Assembly: GCF_006345805.1 (NCBI RefSeq) | Contig: NW_021832129.1 | Coordinates: 1 to 63,625 of the forward strand | Source of the DNA: Octopus sinensis | Lineage: Eukaryota | DNA length: 63,625 nt | Direction of reading: 5' to 3' | Shown: positions 49,594 through 62,808 of the stretch, piece after piece | How the letters are laid out: each line of letters starts with the position of its first letter | Numbering within the stretch: the first letter of the stretch is position 1 | Notes under the pieces: model-generated | What the model was told of the DNA's origin: nothing | Seen by the model: only the letters and a program-made list of their open reading frames with translations | Databases searched by the model: none | Translations under genes and position numbers: made by a program

Positions 49594-50267
49594 TATCCGT
49601 AAATATTAGAGAGCCAACTTTGAATATGTTAACTCTAAGTGCTAGAAATAGACCCAACCGGTAAAAGTCGCCAACGATAATTCCACATAGAAATAGCACC
49701 ACAGTCAATGCTATGGAATTGAATTACAACTAAATAATGGATTAATGTTGTACAATTGTTTCCTCATTAACAAAGTGATTTTATATATACATATATATAT
49801 ATACAAACATATATATTTGTTGGCTATGGCTATGCTGGGGCACCACCAATGTAATCACCTTTTAATTGGCCAATTCTATGTGATTGGCTTTTGGTAAAGG
49901 AGGGAGTAAGATACTACCGTCCTCTTTTGAGTTTCCTACCTTGATATTAGCTCATCTGGGATCTTGGAGAACAAGAGGTAAAGTTGTTTCTAGTAAACCT
50001 CTACCCGCTCCACTCCATGGAGATCCCTTAGATGTTTTGGCAAGCTGTGTGCCTTTGGAACTCAAGCTATCGCAGTACATGTTCCTCACCTTAGATGAGA
50101 CAGCTGGGACTTTTGGAACAATGCAGTGACGTCCAATTCGAGGTCTGGTACAACTCAGAGTTGCAAAGTTTGGTGCTAGGCACTGTGTATGTGTGTGTGT
50201 ATATATAAGTATGTATATGTACAAATATGTATGTATAGATGTATTTATGTATACATATATATAATAT

Positions 50268-50317
<50 letters not shown>

Positions 50318-50444
50318 TAAATAAATAGATGAATGTATTTTTACCTTGTTAACAATTAACACGGAAAAATAACTAAATAGTTACCAGGGCAGCAAAATAC
50401 ATACATAATACATATGCATATATAAACACACATATATACATATA

Positions 50445-50490
50445 CAGTAGAACCTCGGTTTACGAACGCCTCTGATCACGAATAAATCAT
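50445..50490 (+). mobile_element. pogo/Tigger-like TIR fragment
   Basis: ta-cagtagaacctcggtttacgaac resembles Tigger-type termini. Confidence 0.4.
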
Positions 50491-50520
50491 GCTTATAAAT
50501 ATCTATATCTATATGTATAC

Positions 50521-50601
<81 letters not shown>

Positions 50602-50612
50602 CATCCATATAT

Positions 50613-50669
<57 letters not shown>

Positions 50670-50995
50670 GCACACACTCATTGATGGTATTCTTCGAAGA
50701 GAACCGGTGTCAGGGCAGCGTCCGCCTCAATCCCGGCAGTAGACAATCGTTGTGATATCTGTAGGCGCCCAAGTGATTCGAGTTTCGAAGTGTGCAGTAA
50801 CAGACGCTCCCATCGCTGAGAACAAAGACTTAAGACTTTGTCATCGTCGGACACCGATGGACCACCAGAAAGCTGTGTGCGTTGATGGAAATACATACAT
50901 ACATACATATATACATACATTCATACATACATACATACATACATACATACATACATACATACATACATACATACATACATACATACATACATACA

Positions 50996-51450
50996 TTGGG
51001 GCCCTGGGATATGTAACACAAAGCCTAAATATTAATTTTGAGAAATCAGGCTTCTGAAAACCAGAAAGGATAAGACTGATTCGAAGACTACATATCTTAT
51101 CTATTACTGGAACTGTAAAAATCTGTAAAACTTTCCAGAAGTTTATCATTTAAGTATATATGTGCAAAACAAAACATACAAATCTTCATACATACATACA
51201 TACATACATACACGCACACATACATACATACATACATACACATACATACATATATACATACATACATACATACATACATACATACATACATACATACATA
51301 CATACATACATACATACATACATACATACATGCATATATACATACACCGTTGTTGATGTTGAAATTCCAATGAAGGAACCTTGAATCTAGGTTAGAAACC
51401 GGCTCTTATTTTATAGGCAAGAAATTTTGATATAAAACTGAACAATGACA
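50996..51450 (+). mobile_element. 5'-truncated RLE-type LINE 3' end within (CATA)n
   Basis: IGALGYVTQSLNINFEKSGF*...LIRRLHILSITGTVKICKTFQKF. Both junctions abut (CATA)n. Confidence 0.65.
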
Positions 51451-51486
51451 TACATACATACATGCATGCACACACACACACACACA

Positions 51487-51524
<38 letters not shown>

Positions 51525-51559
51525 GTATATATATATAGTTATACATATGATTTTCAAAG

Positions 51560-51950
51560 AGATCTTTGAAAATCATAAATATATGTATGTGTTTGAAAAT
51601 CAAAAAGAGGATATCTATGGACAACTGCTTCGAAACTTCCAGCTTCTATATCCAGACTATGAATTCATATCCATACCAATAATAATTGGAGCACTTGCTT
51701 TTGTTAGTAAATGCTTAAAGGAGAATCTGGATAAACTGGGATTTTCAGAAAGAGAAATCGATCAGCTAATTCGTACATTATGAGTGTAATCTGGGAGTGG
51801 AACAGTAAAAATATGCAAGATTTTCTCAAGTTCCAAATGTGAATTAGTCTGTGTTAACTACATCCCAAAGATGGAGCGTTGTATCTTTGTTGGAAACCTG
51901 CTCCCTCTTCAGTGGAAGATTTATAATAATTAAAAGATAGAAGAGACATC
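51560..51950 (+). mobile_element. Second RLE-type LINE 3' end of a related family
   Basis: KEDIYGQLLRNFQLLYPDYEFISIPIIIGALAFVSKCLKENLDKLGF...GTVKICK. Followed by (CA)n/(CATA)n. Confidence 0.65.
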
Positions 51951-52649
51951 CACACACACACACATACATACATACATACATACATACATACATACATACA
52001 TACATACATACATACATACATACATACACACAGATACTTACATGATACACACACATACATACATACATACATACATACACACACACATACATACATACAT
52101 ACATACATACATACATACATACATACACATCCAAAAATATAGATGTATCAAATTGCCAGTTTTAAAGCAGCAGCCATAAACCTACCAAATTTCACACCAT
52201 CGGTAAAAGAAATCAAGCGGTAGAAATTAACACAATAACATGGGAACGAGTGTACGCGTGTGTGTATGCTTAAGTGTGTGTATATGTGAATATGTGTGTG
52301 TGTTGTATGTGTGTGTATGTGCATATTGGTATATTGTCATTAATTATGAGTGCTACTTAATACAGTTATAATAATTACCCTTAGGAAACTAATATTCTCA
52401 TATACACACTCATGAACGTATACACACACGCGCGTATCATATATGCAAATATATGGCTACAAGCTTATGTGACATAAATACGGATACTTGATCAAATGTG
52501 TTTTATCACTTTACTTCAAATAATGTTTAAACACAGATCCTTACCATGAATATGCTGCATAATGCATACAAACACAACATATATATATATATATATTTTT
52601 TTTTCTAGTTTCAGTTCAGAGCTGCGGTCATGCTGATGCACCGCAGTTT

Positions 52650-52660
52650 ATATATATATC

Positions 52661-52705
<45 letters not shown>

Positions 52706-52793
52706 TATATATATATTATATACATGTATATATATGTATATGTATTGTATGTATACATTACATATATATTTAAATTTCTATTTAAATGTATGC

Positions 52794-52849
<56 letters not shown>

Positions 52850-53320
52850 ATCCAAACATGAAAACACAAGAGAAAACAACAACGCGAGGACGTGGAACAA
52901 ATATAGTATTATTGGACGCTCAGGAAGGAACATGTATATATGTATATATATTGTGTGTGTGTATATAAATCTATGTATATGTAAGTATATATATATTGTG
53001 AGTGCATATATATCTATGTACATGTATGTATATATATTGTATATATATGTGTGTGTATGTGTACATTACATTTATATATTTAAATTTCCATTTAAATGTA
53101 TGTATATATCTACGCTCCCAGCTTAGTTTTTCTAATGCTCGTTGCTTAGTTTTTCTTGGAGGGCTGGCCGTGATCTAGTAATCTCAAGATTAATCAGCCG
53201 AAATTACTACGATGATCCGGTTCTTGACTGAAGACTGAGGGTTTCGAATGTCCTGTCCGTGTTATTGTATCGTCTTCTTGAGTTATACGCTCTTGTCCAT
53301 GTTGTATTTTTCTACATACC

Positions 53321-53368
<48 letters not shown>

Positions 53369-54140
53369 TGTATATACTTGATAAGCGTAAGCACCTGTAT
53401 ACGCCAGCTAGTGGCAGAGTTGAGAGGGTATATATCAAATAAAATCAAAAAGAGAACACAAAGGATGTCGTGGTACACGTGTTTCAATCTTTATAAACGA
53501 CCTGTTCTTACATCATTGTATAATAGATATAAAAGATGGTTTAAAGCTCTCTTAGCTACATGCATTGTTATTCCATAGAGTTACATCACACTATGAGAAA
53601 TATGAAAAGTCCATGTAGTATTATCCATAGCAATAGGTATATCGTATCTCCCTGAGAAAGTGTATTTGTAAAATTTCACAACCAAAAGGCGTGTAGGGTA
53701 TCATTAGATTTCGAAAATCCGTTCATATTGTATCACCAGTCAACATAGAGTCTGTGTTGGTTGTGAAATTTTTGGTTGTGAAATTTTACAAATACACACA
53801 CGCGCGTGCGCACACACACGCACCCCCCCCCCACACACACATCACTCAGCAGTTAGATCGTCGGACCAAGTCATGAGGTTGTCATTTCGATTCCCGGACC
53901 GCGCCGTGTACTGTGTTCTTGAGCAAGACACTTTATTTCACTCAGTTGTAGGAATAAGCTGCGATGTCCCTGGTGCCAAGCTGTATCGGCCTTTGCCTTT
54001 CCTTTAGATAACATCTGTGGCGTGGAGGCTGGTATGCATGGATGACTACTGGTCTTCCAAAACATCCTTGCCTAGACTGGGTCCTAGAATGTTAACTTTC
54101 GAGGTGCAGTCCCATAGTCCATCATGACCGAAGGAGGGAC

Positions 54141-54185
<45 letters not shown>

Positions 54186-54780
54186 ATATATGTAATATGT
54201 ATGGTATGTATACATTACATTATATATTTAAATTTCTATTAAATGTATGCATATATATATATATATATATTATATATAATATATATATATATATATAGTT
54301 AATCCAAACATGAAAAACAAAGAGAAAACAACCAACGCGAGGACGTGGAAAAATATAGTATTATTGGACGCTCAGGAAGGAACATGTATATATGTATATA
54401 TATTGGGTGTGTGTATATAAATCTATGTATATGTAAGTATATATATATTGTGAGTGATATATATCTATGTACATGTATGTATATATATTGTATTATATGT
54501 GTGGTGTATGTGTACATTACATTTATATATTTAAATTTCCATTTAAATGTATGTATATATCTACGCTCCAGCTTAGTTTTTCTAATGCTCGTTGCTTAGT
54601 TTTTCTGGAGGGCTGGCCGTGATCTAGTAATCTCAAGATTAATCAGCCGAAATTACTACGATGATCCGGTTCTTGACTTGAAGACAGGGTTTCGAATGTC
54701 CTGTCCGTGTTTATTGTATCGTCTTCTTGAGTTATACGCTCTTGTCCATGTTGTATTTTTTATACATACCTTAATATATA

Positions 54781-54818
<38 letters not shown>

Positions 54819-55594
54819 TAGATGTATATACTTGATAAGCGTAAGCACCTGTATACGCCAGCTAGTGGCAGAGTTGAGAGGGTATATATCAAATAAAATC
54901 AAAAAGAGAACACAAAGGATGTCAGGTGTAGTGTTTCAATCTTTATAAACGACCTGTTCTTACATCATTGTATAATAGATATAAAAGATGGTTAAAGCTC
55001 TCTTAGCTACAGCATTGTTATTCCATAGAGTTACATCACACTATGAGAAATATGAAAAGTCCATGTAGTATTATCCATAGCAATAGGTATATCGTATCTC
55101 CTGAAAAGTGTATTGGTAAAATTTCACAACCAAAAGGCGTGTGTAGGGTATCATTAGATTTCGAAAATCCGTTCATATTGTATCACCAGTCAACATAGAG
55201 TCTGTGTTGGTTGTGAAAGTTTGTTGTGAAATTTTACAAATACCACACACGCGCGTGCGCACACCACACGCACCCCACCACACACACTCACTCAGCAGTT
55301 AGATCGTCGGACCAAGTCATGAGGTTGTCATTTCGATTCCCGGACCGCGCCGTTACTGTGTTCTTGAGCAAGGACACTTTATTTCACTCAGTTGTAGGAA
55401 TAAGCTGCGCGATCTTGTCCCTGGTGCCAAGCTGTATCGGCCTTTGCCTTTCCTTTAGATAACATCTGTGGCGTGGAGGTGGTATGCATGGATGACTACT
55501 GGTCTTCATTAAACATCCTTGCCTAGCTGGGTCCTAGAATGTTAACTTCGAGGTGCAGTCCCATAGTCCATCATGACCGAAGGAGGGACCTTTT
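52650..55594. repeat. ~1.45 kb tandem duplication (copies ~52650-54143 and ~54144-55594), each containing a SINE family 3 copy
   Basis: Colinear blocks ending ...catgaccgaaggagggaccttttata at ~54145 and ~55595. Differences are mostly small indels. Confidence 0.85.
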
Positions 55595-55686
55595 ATATAT
55601 ATATATATATATATTATATAGATATATATATATACACACGATACACACGCGTTTACATTTTATATATATATATATATATATATAGA

Positions 55687-55721
<35 letters not shown>

Positions 55722-55740
55722 ATGTAACCGCGCGCGTGTA

Positions 55741-55919
55741 TCGTTGGTGATTTTCTACATTCGTCTTCCCTTCCTTTAGACTTTCCTCTTCTTCTGAAGA
55801 AGGAGCAAGCCTCGAAACGTTAAAGCCTCTTTCCTTCTTTCCTGAGCGTCTTATAATACAGTACTTGTACTACGTTCTCGCTTTTTCTTGTTTGTTCTTC
55901 TTTGTTTGGATTCACGGAT

Positions 55920-55925
<6 letters not shown>
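55741..55925 (+). mobile_element. (TA)n-flanked short element with hammerhead-like core; related reverse-oriented partial copies at ~52850-52930 and ~54297-54385
   Basis: ctgaagaaggagcaagcctcgaaacgtt. The downstream ctgagcgtc...gtttggatt matches the reverse complement of aatccaaac...ggacgctcagg. Confidence 0.5.
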
Positions 55926-55968
<43 letters not shown>

Positions 55969-56199
55969 ACGAGTGAGAGAGAGGGGAAGTGTAAGCAGTT
56001 AAATAAGTGATTACGTAGGGTGTTCTGTAAGGATTGCATAAAGGGACCTAATTTGATGCTGGATAGAGCATCATAACTGATGAAATGGATAATAGGTCAG
56101 TAAAATTTATTATTTCATAGTTTTGTAATTAACTTTATGGGGACGGAAGTAAATTGTAATAGTGTATGTTATGATAATTAAGATTAATTTAAAATGAGT

Positions 56200-56700
56200 G
56201 GAGGTGAGAAATTACTTGAAGGAATTTTAAATGCATTTTAGAATCCTTAGTTGACAGATTACTGCTATTTGTGAGGGCGTATTTCCTTTTTGAGTATAGT
56301 GTAAGTTTTTATTCATTTATTGACACGAATAGAATTCTTTTGCTGTTCATCTTAGGCTAGATCCTTTTCTAATAAGATTGCTGAAATCTCGGTTGTACAT
56401 AAACTACAAAATCTTTAAATGTCTGTATATGACGTGGTACTCTACATGGTGCTTTGTTTTGATAGTAAGCTCACTGTGTTTTCTTTGAAATATCAAATGA
56501 ATGATAATAAAGAGTCAAGACTATTGAAAAGGTTGCAAGACGCAACGAAAATTTTAGGAAAATAAAAATAATAAGTGGAAATTTTACCGGTGAGTGTGTT
56601 AAATCATAGGGCACAAAAAGAAAATGACTCTCCCCTGACACAACAGAATATGCTTCAACACACGAACTCATATAAAGAATCTTGCAAAAAATCCCAAAAC
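56200..56700 (-). mobile_element. Possible degenerate Penelope-like ORF 3' remnant
   Basis: Minus-strand fragments such as KTYTILKRKYALTNSSNLSTK weakly recall Penelope C-termini. Many stops. Confidence 0.2.
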
Positions 56701-57001
56701 GAAAGATAATAAAGAAGTTCCATTGCTTCTCTAAGAATTTGTGTATATATGATTATTACAGCACATCTGTGTATGCAACGAATGTTTCGTTTTAATAAAC
56801 TACATCACTAGCCAGGATCGTTCAATCTAAGAGGTACGCATTAGCGTTAATGCATTTGTAATTTGTATTAAGGTGAATGTTAGGGTTGTAATTAAGGTTA
56901 GTATTGCGAAATGGTCTCATATATATTATATTAATAATGAATTTGAAGATAATCGAGAGTCGCAGAATGAAATATTTTAATGATATTATTTACTAAGAAG
57001 A

Positions 57002-57672
57002 AGGCGGTGAGCTGGCAGAATCGGTATCATGCCGGGCGAAATGCGTAGCCGTATTTCGTCTGCCGTTACGTTCTGAGTTCAAATTCCACCGAGGTCGACT
57101 TTGCCTTCCATCCTTTCAGGGTCGATAAATTAAGTACCTGTTACGAACTGGGGTCGATGTAATCGACTTAATCCGTTTATCTGTCTTGTTTGTCCTCTCT
57201 GTGTTTAGCCCCTTGTGGGTAGTAAAGAAATAGGTATTTCGTCTGCCGCTACGTTCTGAGTTCAAATTCTGCGAGGTCGACTTTAACTTTCATCCTTTTG
57301 GGGTCGATAAGTTAAGTACCAGTTACGCACTGGGGTCGATATAAGCGACTTAATCCGTTTGTCTGTCCTTGTTTGTCCTCTCGGTGTTTAGCCCCTTGTG
57401 GGTAGTAAAGAAATAGGTATTTCCTCTGTCTTTACGTTATGAGTTCAAATTCCGCCGCGGTTGACTTTGCCTTTTGGGGTTGATAAATTAAGTACCAGTT
57501 ACATACTGGGGTCGATATCATCGACTTCCCCACATCCCCCAAAATTTCGGGCCTTGTGCCTAGAGTAGACAAGAATATTTTCAAAGGCCTCTGCCATTTG
57601 GGGTCGATCTAATCGACTGCCCACCCACCCCCAAATTTCGGGCCTTGTGCCTAGAGTAGACAAGAATATTTT
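57002..57672 (+). mobile_element. SINE family 1 tandem array: full head, two Tx1-tailed units (restarts at 57233 and 57416), then the alternative tail, which is itself partly duplicated
   Basis: ...gtaaagaaata|ggtatttc junctions. The last unit ends cccccaaaatttcgggccttgtgcctagagtagacaagaata. Confidence 0.85.
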
Positions 57673-57699
57673 CAAAGAGCTCGGCCATTGAGAAGAAGT

Positions 57700-58073
57700 T
57701 AAATAAAATAAAATCAGTAATAAAAGTGAATATGCCACAAACGGATTGTCCAGAAGACATGGGATATTTATTGACTTGGAAAACTATAAGCAATTACGAG
57801 AAAAATTCTGGAAAAACAATGGAATATGTAGACTTAAAAGCATATATGGCGAAAGTAAGTATTCTTTGATACCAAAATTGATGAACAGTGTATAAAAAAA
57901 AGGAGAAAAGAGTCAAATGGTCAACTCCATATTGGGGTACAAGTAGCCATTTCCTCCTCATCGAATTTATAATTCATCTCATTCATCCGTCTATGTTCTT
58001 TTTTATGTCTCAACGTTGTGTTGTCTGTCCTTGTGCTGCCCCTTCAATGTTTGGCCCCTGTGGCTAATAAAGA
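57700..58073 (+). mobile_element. 5'-truncated Tx1/L1-like LINE 3' fragment with the shared tail
   Basis: Short ORF ...IFIDLENYKQLREKFWKNNGICRL...*, then 3' UTR ending ttgtctgtccttgtgctgccccttcaatgtttggcccctgtggctaataaagaaa. Confidence 0.55.
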
Positions 58074-58770
58074 AACGCCTGTTTCTATTTAAGTGTATTG
58101 CTGTGATCTTAGTTACGTGTTTGATATAATTTCTTTAAACACACAAGCATAGCCCAGTTTGGATGAGATGAAGTTTCTGTCAAAAAAAAAAAGAAAAAGA
58201 AAAAATAATGCCGAGGTTAAGAAAATGTAGGGGAAGTATTATATATTAAGGTTATCTCTAATTATATTCTATAGAAATAAAAGTCAGCACTGATATTTGT
58301 TCCGACGTTTCGTATCCAAGACGCCAGGTGTAAACAAACAACGAGATCGAAGATGGAAAATGGGTAATGGTCATATATGACCTCTTTCGGTGGGTTTTGC
58401 CCCCTCATCAGCGCCCATGTAACCCATTAATCATGTGGTACTGAATTACAAACAAACGGTTAATATACTTTATTGTATATTATGGTTGCATAACGAAATA
58501 TCACGTGACTACAAGTCATTTGTTGGGAAAACCTTCCTAACTTCAGTATTAAGTATGTTCTGAGCGTGATCCGAATGTTTACAGATCAAAGTTTAAATGT
58601 TTGATTGGTTTCCAAAAATGAACAGAGAAAGGAATTAGGGCTAAAGGAATATCCAAGAATTTGGTACTGGTCAGGTCTGTTTCGATGAAGATAAAGAATC
58701 CAGGAATCCAAACGGTAATAGAAAAAATATATTTCTAAATCTCTGAGAGATTTATGTAGTAGCAGAACGA

Positions 58771-59161
58771 TAAAGTGATAGTATGTTGTCAACTTAATGT
58801 GACAATCCCATGAAAGGGAAGAATGCTACTGTTATTTAGCCCTAGGAAAGACAATTTCCTGTTGGACTTGACACATTTCCTATGTCCTTATGTATTCAAA
58901 GTGGAGACAAGCACCTCCACTCAGCACTAGTTTCAGTGTCATTGCTCATCATCAGTCCAGAGTAGCTTGGCTTGCAAACTGTCGATGCCTATCTACCTTT
59001 GAAAACATATATTTCAAGTGAAATGTATATGTTTGAATACATAAGGACACAGGAAATGTGTCAAGTCCAAGAGGAAACGGTGTTTCCTAAGGCTAAATAA
59101 CAGTAGCATTCTTCCTTTTTATGGGACTGTCACATTAAGTTGACAACATACTATCACTTTA
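58771..59161. mobile_element. Foldback element, 130 bp inverted arms (58771-58900, 59032-59161), TA at both ends
   Basis: taaagtgatagtatgttgtcaacttaatgtgaca...ttatgtattcaaa and its reverse complement. Confidence 0.8.
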
Positions 59162-60544
59162 ATCCAAAATGGATTCTAGAACCTTATGTGACATTAGTTA
59201 TTTAAAGTGGTGCTAATACAATCTAAACATTTTCGTTTCTTCCCTTTGGTAGTTTCTCGTCACTTTCTTTCGTTGCGATCTCTTTTAACTGGTTGAGTCA
59301 ATCACATGCAATGATTCATAATGCTTTGAACCACCCAGACAATAGCAATTTATTGAATGTACATTTGTAAACTCAGCTAGCCGCGTAAACAAAATAGTTA
59401 GAAACTCAAGCAAATATTCATTTCTGTTGTTTTCAAAACAGATAACCGACCAGACATCGAGAACAGCTAAAGAAGATGCTAGGACCACATCTGAAATCAA
59501 AATGGAAACATGTAAGTTTTCCGAATTCTGTTGTTTGTAACTTTTCAGTTGTGTAGAAATTGAAAACCATCATCTCTGTATAAACCTTTTATGTTAGGCA
59601 ATTTCTTTTTAAGAACAAATGAAGAGATCAGACCAAAACATCAACAATTTCTTGTCAATTTTTAGTAATTTACCAAACTGCATCTTGGAACTTTGCTCTC
59701 ATTTTATGCACTTATTTATTTTTCAGACATTCCAACATATTCATGTTGAATGGTGTATATGCTATGAAGACATATCCGTAAGGAGAAGCTACTTTCTCGT
59801 GACGAACACAACAGGAATCGGCATATTTGCGTTCGACTCTGCCGATATCGATCAACAAAACAATATGCAAGTCATCGGTTTCGATTATCGCTGTTTCATC
59901 GTGCATGAAATGCTTTATTATCGCTTGAAAATAACAATTCTTTTCAGAACCTATTACATTGAAGATGGGAGCTAAACTAGTAAAAAACAAAACAAAACAA
60001 ACCCTTTTAACGGCAGAAATAGATTGCACAGAAACGGCTACAGGAATCGAACACAGACAACGATCCGGTGAAATTCCATCATTCTGTAAAAGACACACGA
60101 ACAAGAGTTTGAACGTACCTATTGTTGTTATTGTTGACGGCCAATCATTGAATAACACTAACACATACACACACTCACATAGTGTTTACAATATTTATAA
60201 AAAAATGAAATAGATGTTTACATTTTGAATTAAGGCAGAAGAGTATATACTTTTCTGTGTAACAGACAGTAGACAGATAGATTGATAGACGGACAAACAT
60301 CTAATATACATATACATACATACATACATACATATTGTATATATATGTATATATATGTATATATAATATATATTATATATATATATACAATATATATATA
60401 CATATATATGCATATATCTATATACATCATACATATATATATACTATATATATATATATGCATGTATATATATATACAACATATATATATGTATATATAT
60501 ATACATGCTATATATATATGTATATATATGTCTATATATATATA

Positions 60545-60576
<32 letters not shown>

Positions 60577-61309
60577 TATATTATATATATATATATATAA
60601 TATATATAATATATATATTATATATTATATATATATATATATGCCGCCACATAGATAGATAGAGTTTAAACTGATATTTTCACAAACAATTAATTTAATT
60701 GAAAACTTCACTTTCTTAAAAACTTTTTCAAGGATACAAGGTACATCCTAATAACTAAAATCTCCGATAATCTCAGATTAAAATATTCCAATATAAACCG
60801 TTCCTTTACACTAATCCGATCCCTCTACAGCATCATCATCATACTTTCTCTCCACTCACATTGCCGTTTACACTGATTGAGCGATGATATTTGAAATAAT
60901 AATAAATATTACAATAATTAATATAATCAGCGAAAAACCTATAAATAGTACTTGGTAGGTATACCAAGAAAGTTGTTTATATTCCCTTGTTATTCTAATA
61001 ACGAAAATAAAGAATTTGAAATTTAAAATAATTTCTCTAATAATTCAGCCGTTATCGAATTTCTTCGTTTTGTTGTCCAATCGTTTTCCTTGTTTCTTAC
61101 CATTTTCCCAAAGAGTAATTTCTTTAACTATTAAAGTCTTCCTTTATCATATTCTCCTATAAATATAACAAGAAATAATACCAGGAATTATGGAACGGTG
61201 TCTTTATCTTGCCATCCATTTAACAAGAACTCGCTCAAAGTTTTTAGGGACAACGCTAAACTCAAAGCATAATTTTTTTTCAACAAAGTAGGTAAGAGTG
61301 TGTGTGTAT

Positions 61310-61367
<58 letters not shown>

Positions 61368-61582
61368 GTGTGCGTGCGTGTGCGTGTGTATGTGTGTTTG
61401 TGCATATATATATGTTTTAATTTATTGTGCATATATATATATGTTTTAATTTATATATATATATAAATTAAAATTGAATTTGGTTTTAATTTTTGTCTTA
61501 AGAGTTCGGTTAAGCGAACGAAAGCGCTAATAAAGAATTAGCCAAATTTCCGCCTGCTATTTTTCCTCAATATATATATATG

Positions 61583-61672
<90 letters not shown>

Positions 61673-61673
61673 T

Positions 61674-61813
61674 TATTTAAAGCAGCAGAAAATTCAACAA
61701 AACCTGTTACTCTGAGTTTCCCGTTGATAGAGAAAGTTGAGCAAAACTGTCCGATGAACGGCAACGGGAAACTCAGAGTAACAGGTTTTGTGAATTTTCT
61801 GCTGCTTTAAATA
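61674..61813. mobile_element. Near-perfect palindromic element next to (TA)n, arms 61674-61726 and 61762-61813
   Basis: Arms differ by a single 1-nt indel. Spacer is 35 nt. Confidence 0.8.
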
Positions 61814-61956
61814 AAGCATATTACTCTACCACTGGTATTTGAGTACTCTTTTTTCCACCTTGTTTCACATTTATGTGTTTACTCCGGTATATATATATAT
61901 ATTATAATATATATATATAATATATACATACACACATACAAACACACACCACACAC

Positions 61957-61990
<34 letters not shown>

Positions 61991-62413
61991 GTGTGTGTGT
62001 GCTTTTGTATGCGCGTGTGTAAGAGAGGGAGAGAGAATGTAGCAGACAGAGAGAAAGATAGAAAGCAAGAGGATGTGTATACTTAAAAGAGTAAAAAGCT
62101 GATGTCTGTATTTAAAGACGTATAAGGTTGTTAGTTTTTAATATAATCTTAGTGTTTTGCAGAACTATCACCATTACTGGGTGAGGTGGCAACAATCGAC
62201 AAAAATAACAAATGAAGCTCGCCAACGAAATCCCTTTACGTCATGAAACTAATACGAAAACACGGCTGGAGATTTCCTTTTCATATTCAGTTGGATAAAG
62301 AAACAAACGCTGAGAACAAGCGGATAATTTTACAAGTTGGTCTACAAAAATAATATGAATCTAATTTTGTTATACTTCCACCCAAATATTGCCAAAAATC
62401 ATTAAAATTCTCA

Positions 62414-62808
62414 GGCAGAGCTGTGTGGTTAAGACATTTGCTTTGCAATCACGTGGTTTCGGATTCGGATCCACTGCGTGCCGCCATCTTGGGCAAAGTT
62501 CTTCTGTTGCAGTCCCAGGTCGAATAATGCCTTGTGAAGGAGTCTGATAGAAGGAAACTGTGTGGAAGTCCATCATATGTGTGTATGTGTGTGTGTGTGT
62601 GTCAGTGCTTGTGACTGTTCTAATCATTGCTTGAAGCCGGTGTGAGTTTGTTTACACTCCATAACTTAAGGAATCTTCAAAGAAGGCGCGATAGAATATG
62701 TACCAATCTTAAATAGGTCCTAGGGGTCGTTTTGTCTTTCTAAACCCTCCAAGGCTGTGCTCTAGCATGGCCACAGTTCAATGATTGAAACATGTAACAG
62801 ATAAAGAC
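62414..62808 (+). mobile_element. Old, diverged SINE family 2 copy
   Basis: gctgtgtggttaag...cttgggcaaag...ggaaactg...ctagcatggccacagttcaatgattgaaac. Confidence 0.6.

Noticed and set aside
59712-60170. 152 aa minus-strand ORF
   Set aside because: No recognisable domain, and the nearby splice-like signals are on the opposite strand.
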